Of a stretch of 64,000 nt of DNA, positions 1 to 8,407 are shown piece after piece. The number at the start of each line of letters is the position of its first letter. Position 1 is the first letter of the stretch. A program made the translations under genes and the position numbers. The notes beneath the pieces are model-generated. The model saw nothing but the letters and a program-made list of their open reading frames with translations, ran no database searches and had not been told where the DNA came from. The stretch is from an uncultured Anaerolineaceae bacterium (GTDB taxonomy: Bacteria > Chloroflexota > Anaerolineae > Anaerolineales > E44-bin32), in assembly GCA_964385355.1 (NCBI GenBank), contig CAYLOO010000002.1, forward strand, positions 30,091 through 94,090, in the 5' to 3' direction.

Positions 1-1
1 A

Positions 2-397
2 TTTCTCGAGGATGGGCTTGTCGTCGTTGAGGAGCGTAGTGGCATAGAGAGCCAGTTATTCTATGTTCACGAGAAAGGATTGGCATCAGAGATTCCCATG
101 GTCGTCCTGGTGAATGCCGGGACCGCGAGCGCAGCGGAGGTAGTGGCGGCTTCGCTTCAGGAAAACGGGCGAGCACCATTAATTGGCGAGGCGACTTTTG
201 GTAAGGGTTCTGTGCAAGTGATTTTGGAATTGAGCGATGGATCCAGCCTGCATGTGACATCTGCTCGTTGGCTGACACCTAACGGCAATGTTATAGATAA
301 TATTGGCATCCTTCCCGATATCATTGTTGACCATCTAGATCCAAACGCGGACAATGACGTTGATGTTGCTGTAGAATGGTTGCGGGAGCTGCGCTAA
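2..397 (+). CDS. S41 family C-terminal processing peptidase, C-terminal fragment (5' end lies outside the window)
   Basis: The frame is open from base 2 with no stop before the listed ORF. The sequence LVNAGTASAAEVVAASLQENGRAPLIGEATFGKGSVQ matches the S41 Ser/Lys catalytic-region pattern. Confidence 0.85.
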   Translation, partial: FLEDGLVVVEERSGIESQLFYVHEKGLASEIPMVVLVNAGTASAAEVVAASLQENGRAPLIGEATFGKGSVQVILELSDGSSLHVTSARWLTPNGNVIDNIGILPDIIVDHLDPNADNDVDVAVEWLRELR

Positions 398-398
398 G

Positions 399-872
399 AT
401 GGCCAAGAAAACGAAGGATCCGTACAAGACAATCGCAAGAAATAAAAAGGCAGCACATGATTACCTCCTCGAGGATCGTCTAGAGGCAGGTATTGTATTG
501 CGTGGAACTGAAATTAAATCAGCGAGATCGGGCAATGTCAGCTTGAAGGAAGCTTATGTTCAAATTAGTGGAGAGGAAGCATGGCTTGTGAATGCCCACA
601 TCGCTCCGTATCAGGCGGCAAGCTTATTCAATCATGACCCTCGTCGGCGCAGGAAATTATTATTGCACCGAAGGGAGATATTACGATTAGATGCAAAAAT
701 TCGGCAACGCGGCTATACGGTCGTTCCCACGCGAATGTATCTGAAAAATGGCCGTGCAAAAGTGGAGATCGCCCTAGCCCGTGGGAAACGCAAATATGAT
801 AAACGCCGAGAAATTGCAGAGAAAGATGCTGCACGCGATATCGATAGATCCTTCGCAAGGAGAAAACGGTGA
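399..872 (+). CDS. smpB: SsrA-binding protein SmpB
   Basis: 157 aa. It has typical SmpB sequence (KTIARNKKAAHDYLLEDRLEAGIVLRGTEIKS ... RRRKLLLHRREI) and a basic C-terminal tail. Confidence 0.95.
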   Translation: MAKKTKDPYKTIARNKKAAHDYLLEDRLEAGIVLRGTEIKSARSGNVSLKEAYVQISGEEAWLVNAHIAPYQAASLFNHDPRRRRKLLLHRREILRLDAKIRQRGYTVVPTRMYLKNGRAKVEIALARGKRKYDKRREIAEKDAARDIDRSFARRKR

Positions 873-1654
873 AACCGAAATCAATCGCTTCAATTAATCA
901 ATTGCCGGAAAAGGAAAAAGAAGCAATTTATACACGGTTCATTCCAAATGAACTGCTCAAGAAGTTCGAAATTCAACCCGATTTCACTGATGCTGAGGGA
1001 AGGTCACTTCTTACTCTGCGGTTTACCGAAGGCAGTACCGACGTAGTGCTCGACCTGCGACATCAATTTGGTGCCCAAGACCCTCTGCTCTACACACATC
1101 TCACCGATACGATGAATGGACAAGTCCATGTACTGCTTTACATTGTCAACGATCCTAATTCCCCTCGCTTCGGTGTGGACAAAATGCCCGATGGAACGAG
1201 GACTGAATTTGGGGTATTTCGCAGGAATCTTGTCGAAGAGGAAAAAGCACTTAATGCCGGTCTAGCTCCTGGTCAAGTGCGCCAGGGATTGCGATTACTA
1301 AAGCATGCAATCCCTGCCTTTGATGAGTTCGTGCAGGCGCTGGGGCATGATGTATATTTTATTGATCCACTTTCCTACCACAACGCGATCGTTTTCGAGC
1401 GTTATGGCTTTTACTACCAACAAGGTAGGCGATTTATGATACGGATTAATGAGGGATTCGAACCCGAATCCGATCTTTTTCTACAATTAGACAACTCTAC
1501 ACCCTTCCGGAAACCTTCATTCCACAAAAGCATACTCGGAAGGAGTTGGGCAATCCACGACTATATCCTCGGGGAACCCTTCTCTGATGTCATAATGTAC
1601 AAAAAAATCGGCCAAAATGCAGGATTGAGCACTTTTCCTAATGCTGAATGGTGA
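869..1654 (+). CDS. Conserved hypothetical protein, possibly with a divergent GNAT-like C-terminal half
   Basis: 261-aa ORF whose GTG start overlaps the smpB TGA stop (GTGA). YHNAIVFERYGFYY resembles the GNAT motif-B pattern (NxxAxxxYEKxGF). No confident family assignment. Confidence 0.65.
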   Translation: MKPKSIASINQLPEKEKEAIYTRFIPNELLKKFEIQPDFTDAEGRSLLTLRFTEGSTDVVLDLRHQFGAQDPLLYTHLTDTMNGQVHVLLYIVNDPNSPRFGVDKMPDGTRTEFGVFRRNLVEEEKALNAGLAPGQVRQGLRLLKHAIPAFDEFVQALGHDVYFIDPLSYHNAIVFERYGFYYQQGRRFMIRINEGFEPESDLFLQLDNSTPFRKPSFHKSILGRSWAIHDYILGEPFSDVIMYKKIGQNAGLSTFPNAEW

Positions 1655-1661
1655 ACAAAAT

Positions 1662-1735
1662 ATGCGCATAGCCTTTATATATATAATTGAAAATATATAT
1701 TTATATTATGAAGAAGACAATATGGCTATGCGCAT
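1662..1735. repeat. Perfect 12-bp inverted repeat (ATGCGCATAGCC / GGCTATGCGCAT) flanking a 50-bp spacer of about 10% GC
   Basis: Read directly: arms at 1662-1673 and 1724-1735. The spacer at 1674-1723 contains (TA)n runs. It lies between the upstream ORF stop and the ssrA promoter. Confidence 0.85.
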
Positions 1736-1760
1736 GCAAGTGCATTTTTAAAAACCACTG

Positions 1761-1769
1761 TGTTATAAT
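1761..1769 (+). promoter_or_regulatory. Extended -10 promoter element TGTTATAAT for ssrA
   Basis: TGnTATAAT ends 8 nt before the tmRNA 5' GGGG at 1778. Confidence 0.65.
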
Positions 1770-1777
1770 CTACACAT

Positions 1778-2171
1778 GGGGATGAATGGTATCGACGGAG
1801 GTGGAGCGTCACAGATTGCAAGCCGAGAGGCGCCGAACTCGTTAACTCAGCGCACATACAAGTGCCAATCGCACTGACTATGCTGCTCTACCCGTAGCCG
1901 CGTAAGCGATCTATAGGAAGATCAGTGCTCTCCCAGGAGAGCTCGCCACCTCAAGTTTCGCCCCAGCAGCGCGAGGATTGGCGATCAAAATGTAGGGGCT
2001 GGCAGGATTGGATCCGCGACAGTTCTGCAAGAGCGGGTTTCGGCTCGCAGCGGATAGTTGAGTTGAACGCCTGTCAATCTACGTCATCTCAGCAAAAACA
2101 AAGATTGGCTATGCTTGTAGACATCTGTTGACTGAATCCTTCGGACGCGGGTTCGAATCCCGCCATCTCCA
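1778..2171 (+). ncRNA. ssrA: tmRNA (SsrA), one-piece
   Basis: The 5' end GGGGATGAATGGTATCGACGG and the 3' end GGACGCGGGTTCGAATCCCGCCATCTCCA form a tRNA-Ala-like acceptor with a G3:U pair and a T-arm. The internal tag frame GCC AAT CGC ACT GAC TAT GCT GCT CTA CCC GTA GCC GCG TAA (1864-1905) encodes ANRTDYAALPVAA. CCA is not encoded. Confidence 0.95.
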
Positions 2172-2172
2172 C

Positions 2173-2198
2173 AAAAAAGCCCCCAAAGGGGCTTTTTT
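2173..2198. terminator. Bidirectional intrinsic terminator (A6-GCCCC-caaa-GGGGC-T6)
   Basis: GC stem flanked by an A-tract and a T-tract. It sits between the ssrA 3' end and the stop codon (2201) of the convergent gene. Confidence 0.85.
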
Positions 2199-2200
2199 CT

Positions 2201-2866
2201 TCATGGAATAGGGTTTTCTAAACGGAAACCATGACCACGTACTGTAATTACGTACTGATACTCCGAGTCAACCTCGAAGATGCGATCTCGCAATCTGCGA
2301 ATAAGAGCATCTATCGCCTGGTCGGAAACACCTACACCATCCGTTCCTGGCCAAACATGCGAAGCAATCTCATCTCGTGTTACAACCCTACCCGAACTTC
2401 TATAGAGCAATTCAAGCAGGCGAAATTGAGGCGGCGAAAGAGGTGGATCCACTTCCTGTTCGTTTACCCATACGCGATGAGCCTGAACTTCCATTCGCAA
2501 CCTTCCAATACCAAAGATAGCGGCTTCATCAACCGAAAGTGGAAGTGTTGCCTCCGAACCTACAAAAGTGAGGCTTACCGCCAGTGCAATCTGGATCTCA
2601 TCACCATCTTGGAGTAATTCTTCCGCTTCAATGCGCGCCCCATTCAAATGTGTGTCATTCTTGCTGTCCAGATCCTCTAATAAGTAGCCTTCTTCCGTTT
2701 TGCGAATTCGAGCATGATGGCGTGATACCTGTCTATCCATTAAAACAAGATCACAGTCTTCACCTCTGCCAATTAGAAACATCGGATTAACTAATTGCCA
2801 ACGCTTGCCTCGAAATTCGCCGTTGTGGGCAATTAAGAAAGGGACTTCTTCTGATCGATCCTTCAT
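2201..2866 (-). CDS. FHA domain plus OmpR/PhoB-type winged-helix DNA-binding protein (no receiver domain)
   Basis: The N-terminus FLIGRGEDCDLVLMDRQVSRHHARI...NDTHLNG is an FHA pattern. The C-terminus LSPPQFRLLELLYRSSGRVVTRDEI...AIDALIRRLRDRI...ITVRGHGFRL is a trans_reg_C pattern. Confidence 0.85.
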   Translation of the reverse strand: MKDRSEEVPFLIAHNGEFRGKRWQLVNPMFLIGRGEDCDLVLMDRQVSRHHARIRKTEEGYLLEDLDSKNDTHLNGARIEAEELLQDGDEIQIALAVSLTFVGSEATLPLSVDEAAIFGIGRLRMEVQAHRVWVNEQEVDPPLSPPQFRLLELLYRSSGRVVTRDEIASHVWPGTDGVGVSDQAIDALIRRLRDRIFEVDSEYQYVITVRGHGFRLENPIP

Positions 2867-3002
2867 GATGCCTTTTCAGTAAGTATAGGTTCTTAAAAGA
2901 GTATAATTCAATAGCTTAACACGTGCATAAATAGGATACTCTTGGAGACCCCTCTCGACAAGCACTTGCTAAAGCATATACTGAAACTCTTCCGAGGTTA
3001 GA

Positions 3003-3986
3003 TTGCCCGAGCCACTCAAGTCAGGTCATATCTTAAAAGATCGTTACATCATCAAGGAGCCCATCGGTAGAGGTGGCATGGGTTCGATATACCTCGCAGA
3101 AGATAATCGTCTTGAAGGGCGCCGTTGCGCGATAAAGGAGGTTCAACAAGATTCAGAACTCCCCTCCGATATCTTAGAACAATCGCGAGCTCAATTCTAC
3201 CGGGAAGCATCCGTTCTCGCCCAGCTTGATCACCCCACCCTACCTAAGGTCTCTGATTATTTCTCCGAAGGTGATCGTGATTATTTGGTAATGGATTACG
3301 TTCCAGGAGATGACCTTAAATCCCTTATGGACAAAGCACGCAGAAAGGGTCAATTCTTACAGATTGACAATGTTTTATCTTGGGGTAAACAGCTAGCGGC
3401 AGCACTCACCTACCTTCATAACCAAGATCCGCCCATCATCCATCGAGATATCAAACCCAGCAACTTAAAGCTCACCCCACAAGGGTTGATTAAACTCGTT
3501 GATTTTGGTCTTGTTAAGCAATTGGTCCCGGATGAATTGACAATCACGGTTATTCAAGGTCGTGGAACTGCTTTATACACACCTTTAGAACAATACGGAG
3601 GTGACACCGGCCACACAGACATCAGAAGCGATATCTATGCCTTTGGAGCAACCTTCTATCATCTGCTTACGAACACTCCCCCTATTGAAGCTAAGCAGCG
3701 GTTCCTTCTTCCCGAATCGTTCCATCCGCCCAGAGAGATCAACCCTTCTATTCCGCGAGACCTCGAGCGGATCATCCTGAACGCTATGGCCCTTCATCCA
3801 GACGAAAGGCCAGGAGATTTGCTCGCCCTGCAGGATCTACTTCTACAAGGTAGCCACATTGACATCACTATTAACGGAGATCGCTTCCTCCAGGCTAAGG
3901 AATTATTCCGATCTCCAACTGATAGGATTTTTCTTGGTGTAGTTATAACGCTTGCGTTGCTAGCAATCGTTTCTTCTTTTATATAA
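3003..3986 (+). CDS. Hanks-type Ser/Thr protein kinase with a C-terminal membrane anchor
   Basis: Kinase motifs GRGGMGSIYLA, AIKE, HRDIKPSNL and DFG. C-terminal hydrophobic stretch IFLGVVITLALLAIVSSFI. TTG start with GAGG 5 nt upstream. Confidence 0.9.
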   Translation: MPEPLKSGHILKDRYIIKEPIGRGGMGSIYLAEDNRLEGRRCAIKEVQQDSELPSDILEQSRAQFYREASVLAQLDHPTLPKVSDYFSEGDRDYLVMDYVPGDDLKSLMDKARRKGQFLQIDNVLSWGKQLAAALTYLHNQDPPIIHRDIKPSNLKLTPQGLIKLVDFGLVKQLVPDELTITVIQGRGTALYTPLEQYGGDTGHTDIRSDIYAFGATFYHLLTNTPPIEAKQRFLLPESFHPPREINPSIPRDLERIILNAMALHPDERPGDLLALQDLLLQGSHIDITINGDRFLQAKELFRSPTDRIFLGVVITLALLAIVSSFI

Positions 3987-6771
3987 GGTATTTCTGGCAC
4001 CAAATCTGCGTAAATACATATGCGGATGCTCCGGTTATTATCGCAACAATGAAACCCGCGAAGGGCCCCATCGCATATAATAAACTTGATGCACCCGGAA
4101 GATCTAGCGCCAAATAGTTGTACCCCAATAATCCGCCGACGATCGGTATTAAGATGCATCTTAGACGGATTTCTTCTGGGGTATTTTGACGAATTACACT
4201 TGCATATCCCGCTCCTCCCACCACTGCTAGACCCAAAGCCCCAAACATGAGCCCAATAAATCCCAGCTGATTCTCGGTTGGTGTCTCTCCTGAGGCCTCG
4301 CCATTTTGCGGTCCGGACGTCGGTGTTGGGTCGTTTGTCACCGGTGACGGTTCAACGGTCAATGTGGGTGAAAGTGTTGGTGAAATCAGCGTCGCCTGCG
4401 CAGGCACATCAACATCAGCGTTGAACTGCAAGATCTCAGACACTAAAGCTTTTCCGCTTTGTGCAGAAATAGCTAATAATCCAGTGCGTTCCAAAGCAAC
4501 ATCAGCTCGTGCGATGCCGTCTACAGTAAATGCACTAATCGTCGCCGCTGAAACCCCCTCGCTTTGCTGCGTAATAATAAAATCGACGGGGGTATTATCT
4601 GGAACTGGATTGCCGTTATTGTCTACAATAACAGCTGTTTCGATCTTAAGGATATCTCCTACACTGTATCCGGTCGACGGTTCAACCGTTCCATCTTCGC
4701 TATCGCTCTCGATAATGAGCTGAATAATTTGATCGGGATTAGGTGATGTTGCCTCGATCAAGTCATACCCGATGCCAGCTACGCTAACGGGAGAAGCTCC
4801 TGGAGCGCTCACTTCCTGAAAGAGTAATTTTGCCGCTACGTCAATAAAAGGTGAAGAGCTATCGTATAGCGCGTGGTAAACATCAATCTTGCTGACATCT
4901 GTTGCATCAAGGATATTCGGTGAATCGTGACCGAATACGATAAGTTTCTTCGAGCTAGCTAGATCCGGACGCAAATCCAATAAAATCTTAAGCGCATTCG
5001 CGCCATATTCTGAGGATCTACTATCTAATACGCTAAATATTAACCAATCGCTTAAGCGCACAGCTTCGTCTATTTCGTCGGTGGAGATCAGAGGAACTGT
5101 GGGAACCTCCGTCGGGGTCTCGCCAAGGTAATTTGATAGATCCGCCATGCTGTATGATCGTAGATTCCAGCTCCCTACCTGACCAGCAGCGCCTTGGCCA
5201 AACAATCGATTTACTGCGTTCTCTAATGCGTTTACCGGAATAACATCAAGTTCATTACATGTTGAGCACTGGCTAACCTGACGTACGTCGCTAAAAAACA
5301 CGATCCTTTCTCCGATCCTCGGAGCCCCATCTACGCGATCTTCGATTTCGTCCAGTGAAGGACTTAGGAGTGTTGCGGCAGACTTCGCCACTTGATTCGC
5401 CAGGCTCGTATCCAGGTTTGTCTCATCAAAAACATTCATATGATTCACAACGCTTGGGTAAAAGAAAGCTCCGCCATAAATTCTGATTTTTAAGCGCAAT
5501 ATTTTCAGGACTGCGTCATCTACTAGCTGGGCAAATAATTCGTCTTCATCATACTTGTTCGCGAAAAACTCAATCGTATTGATTATTGTGGTGTATTCGT
5601 CAGGGTCGCTATTGTTCCTAAAATCAGAAAGGAGTAAAAGGTCATTCCCCGCGAGAAAGGCATCCCTGGCGACAAGATGCGCTTTGAATTCCTGTTCCAA
5701 TGGATCTTTAAAACGGCGGATCGCGTTAGAGCCTAGCGAATCGCTCATTGTTACACCACCCCCCCCCCGCCAGTCACTTAGTGGTGTAAGAGCCATCAAC
5801 GCGGTGAAAGCTTGCGGATCAAGACTGATCGGACGCGTTGTTGCCCGAATGTTTCCGTGAAAACCCTGGTAGCGTATATGTCCTACTAAAAGCCCGTCAG
5901 CCGTAGTGGGGTTTTCCCCGGGTTGTGTGCTTGTGACGGCAAGGAAAGGAGCCAGATCAGTTTGCGTGAGTTGATCAATGGTCTTTCGGACCGTTGCGAC
6001 TTCCTCGTCGATTGGACGGTCACTGCTTCCCAAGCCAGGAAAGTGTTTTGCGATTACAGCCAAGCCGCCTTGTGATCCGATGTGAAGACCGCGAATAAAT
6101 TCCTCCCCCATTAGACCAACCCAAAAGGGATCGCCACCGAAAGATTGAACGCCGATATCTCCGCCTGTAATCTGTGGCTGTTCAAGTACATCCAATGAAG
6201 GTCCAAGAACCATATTGATCCCCAAGGCCTCGAGCTCTCTTCCTAGAATCTCGCCCGCTTCCTGTGCCAGAGCAGGATCCCAAGTCGCTCCAATAGACAT
6301 TTGAGACGGGATTTCCGTCATCCCTTCGAGTATCTCTGGGATCCCATTCGCGCTGCCTGGCTCCTCGCTAGCAATGAAAAGTGGAATGTAAACGGGTTTG
6401 CTGCCGCTTATGAACAGTTGCTCATCTGCGTCGACAGTCAACGCCGTTTCGTAACGACTCTCCTGAAGGGTTCCTATCAGCGTTTGCAGCGCATCAAGTG
6501 TATCCGGTTGATCAGCGAAATTATCGTTTCCGCGTTTTAAGAGAACACCGGACACGTTGTAGTTATTAATCAGATCGATGATCTGATCGTTAGGCTTAAC
6601 TGCTGAGCCGCTTAAGGTTACGATAAAAAGCTGCCCTACACGCTCCCTGGGTGTCATGGAAACGAGCAACTCGCTCGCCAGGTCCATCTCTGGTGAGATA
6701 ATTTGATTATTGGCCAGGTTCAAGGGCACTACTAGGAGAATTACTATCAGTGCCCATCGAAATCTACTCAT
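3979..6771 (-). CDS. Large secreted, membrane-anchored glycoside hydrolase family 3 protein (NagZ/beta-hexosaminidase-like N-terminal domain)
   Basis: Signal peptide MSRFRWALIVILLVVPL. GH3 signature KHFPGLGSSDRPIDEE. Pro/Thr-rich linker and C-terminal TM segments. Contains a G10 tract. Confidence 0.85.
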   Translation of the reverse strand: MSRFRWALIVILLVVPLNLANNQIISPEMDLASELLVSMTPRERVGQLFIVTLSGSAVKPNDQIIDLINNYNVSGVLLKRGNDNFADQPDTLDALQTLIGTLQESRYETALTVDADEQLFISGSKPVYIPLFIASEEPGSANGIPEILEGMTEIPSQMSIGATWDPALAQEAGEILGRELEALGINMVLGPSLDVLEQPQITGGDIGVQSFGGDPFWVGLMGEEFIRGLHIGSQGGLAVIAKHFPGLGSSDRPIDEEVATVRKTIDQLTQTDLAPFLAVTSTQPGENPTTADGLLVGHIRYQGFHGNIRATTRPISLDPQAFTALMALTPLSDWRGGGGVTMSDSLGSNAIRRFKDPLEQEFKAHLVARDAFLAGNDLLLLSDFRNNSDPDEYTTIINTIEFFANKYDEDELFAQLVDDAVLKILRLKIRIYGGAFFYPSVVNHMNVFDETNLDTSLANQVAKSAATLLSPSLDEIEDRVDGAPRIGERIVFFSDVRQVSQCSTCNELDVIPVNALENAVNRLFGQGAAGQVGSWNLRSYSMADLSNYLGETPTEVPTVPLISTDEIDEAVRLSDWLIFSVLDSRSSEYGANALKILLDLRPDLASSKKLIVFGHDSPNILDATDVSKIDVYHALYDSSSPFIDVAAKLLFQEVSAPGASPVSVAGIGYDLIEATSPNPDQIIQLIIESDSEDGTVEPSTGYSVGDILKIETAVIVDNNGNPVPDNTPVDFIITQQSEGVSAATISAFTVDGIARADVALERTGLLAISAQSGKALVSEILQFNADVDVPAQATLISPTLSPTLTVEPSPVTNDPTPTSGPQNGEASGETPTENQLGFIGLMFGALGLAVVGGAGYASVIRQNTPEEIRLRCILIPIVGGLLGYNYLALDLPGASSLLYAMGPFAGFIVAIITGASAYVFTQIWCQKYLI

Positions 6772-6809
6772 AAGACCAGTATACCTTCTAGAATATAAAT
6801 CTAAGGTTG

Positions 6810-7631
6810 CTATTGGGCGGCCTCCGCCTGCAGAATTGTTCTCAGCGCAGCCCTGCGGTTATGGCCCGACATTAACTCAAGCTTCCTGATCCCTAACGGA
6901 TCGATATCTTCCCGGATCAACCTCAAATCATCCGTCGTTGGAGGTTCGGTGATTCTAATTGGCTCCTCTATTTCAATTTCAAACCCTGTTTTGGCTTTCA
7001 CTCTCTCAACATCAATTCCCGGATGTACTGAAATCAATCGCATCTTTCCGTTCTTATAATCAAAGGCACCTAAGTCGGTTATTAGATACTTTGGTCCAGC
7101 TCCACGTCGTCTAGTAGGTTGATGACCAAGGCCTGAAAGAAAATCTAGTTCGCGTACAAAGGTCACTCTTGAATGCCGTGGTACATACAAGTAAATTCCA
7201 TCCATAAACACAGTCACGTCAGGTATTCCCCCTGTGCCGGGCATTCTCATTCGCGGATGTGTAAAATCCTTTCCAAAGGCGATGTTATTGAAATTGCCGG
7301 CTTGATCAACTTGGCCAGGCCTGAAAAATTCTTTCGGTTTAACGCGTGGTAAAAGATCTGCTGCTGCCTGAACGAAACCTACCGAAACCATTGCGTGACC
7401 AAGCCATAGCGCTTCTATGTTCGCCAGCCCAAGCGGTGCAACCGTTCTACACAACGTCTGTCCAATTGCCGATGCAAAGTATAACTCCGACGCATAGGCG
7501 TGCCATGCGAGTAAATATCCGGCAGCTACAAGTGGAGTAGCAATGCCCTGCGCCAGAACATCACCATCTTCGACCTGCCGCGCGATACAGGTGCAAATCA
7601 GTTCGTCGATCGACCACTGCTCATCAGTCAT
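6810..7631 (-). CDS. Glutaconate/3-oxoacid CoA-transferase subunit B-like protein
   Basis: GQVDQAGNFNNIAFG...PGTGGIPD...LIREDIDP resembles GctB. The preferred start is ATG 7631 (MTDEQW), overlapping the upstream stop. The track ORF extends to 7664. Confidence 0.7.
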   Translation of the reverse strand: MTDEQWSIDELICTCIARQVEDGDVLAQGIATPLVAAGYLLAWHAYASELYFASAIGQTLCRTVAPLGLANIEALWLGHAMVSVGFVQAAADLLPRVKPKEFFRPGQVDQAGNFNNIAFGKDFTHPRMRMPGTGGIPDVTVFMDGIYLYVPRHSRVTFVRELDFLSGLGHQPTRRRGAGPKYLITDLGAFDYKNGKMRLISVHPGIDVERVKAKTGFEIEIEEPIRITEPPTTDDLRLIREDIDPLGIRKLELMSGHNRRAALRTILQAEAAQ

Positions 7632-8406
7632 CGTTTGTCGCCTCTCCTCGGGACCAAATCTCAATAACCTTTTTTGCAGTGTCCGGCGTATCTGTAATCA
7701 ATCCATCTACCCCCATAGAGAGCAATTTCATCATCACAGATTCTTCGTTGACGTTCCACACGTTCACTTTATGCCCAGCATCGTGATGCCTATCTACCAT
7801 CCCCTGATTGACCAATGATACCTCTGGGTGCAATGCAAAATAATCCGTAAACCCCTCGATGATGCCGCGTACGATTTTAGGACCGCTCCCGATCAAGGCC
7901 GCACGGCGGATCCTATCAGAAGCTCTCTTAGCCTTAATCAAAGCTATTGGGTTGAAAGAAGATAAAAGAACACGGTCTGATAAGCGCGCCTCCCTCACTA
8001 AATCAACTACGACTTCTGGCAGGAGATCGAATGGCGATGCGTAATTTTTTAATTCGACATTGATCAGGATCTTTTTACCAACAGTAGAAAATACCTCTTC
8101 CAAGGTCGAGATCTTCTCTCCGGCAAATCTGGCGTCAAACATTGACCCTGCATCAAGCAGCTTAATTTCTGCGACCGTTTTTGCAGAAACGCTGCCGCTT
8201 CCATTTGTTGTGCGCTCTAAAGATTGGTCATGGATGACGATAGGGATGCTATCCGCGGTCATCATTGTATCTAATTCAATCGCGTCCGCTCCCATCTGTA
8301 CAGCAATTTCAAAGGCAGCGATCGTATTTTCGGGTGCATACGTAGATGCCCCGCGGTGTGCGATCACCAGCGGGGCGGAGGAATCCCAATTGCGTTTATC
8401 CAGCAT
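7624..8406 (-). CDS. Glycerophosphodiester phosphodiesterase (GDPD family)
   Basis: VIAHRGASTYAPENTIAAFEIAVQMGADAIELD...IHD is a GDPD catalytic pattern. Confidence 0.9.
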   Translation of the reverse strand: MLDKRNWDSSAPLVIAHRGASTYAPENTIAAFEIAVQMGADAIELDTMMTADSIPIVIHDQSLERTTNGSGSVSAKTVAEIKLLDAGSMFDARFAGEKISTLEEVFSTVGKKILINVELKNYASPFDLLPEVVVDLVREARLSDRVLLSSFNPIALIKAKRASDRIRRAALIGSGPKIVRGIIEGFTDYFALHPEVSLVNQGMVDRHHDAGHKVNVWNVNEESVMMKLLSMGVDGLITDTPDTAKKVIEIWSRGEATNDD

Positions 8407-8407
8407 A

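Noticed and set aside
1925-2131. 68-aa ORF in the track
   Set aside because: It lies entirely inside the tmRNA gene, within the pseudoknot region. The RNA-gene evidence is far stronger than an ORF with no ribosome-binding site.
2231-2790. 128-aa and 68-aa plus-strand ORFs
   Set aside because: They are antisense to the FHA/OmpR-type gene, whose domain motifs are clear. They are shadow ORFs.
1778-3000. ssrA as an integration site for a genomic island or prophage
   Set aside because: No integrase gene, no direct repeat of the tmRNA 3' end, and no phage-like genes follow. The next genes are ordinary regulatory genes.
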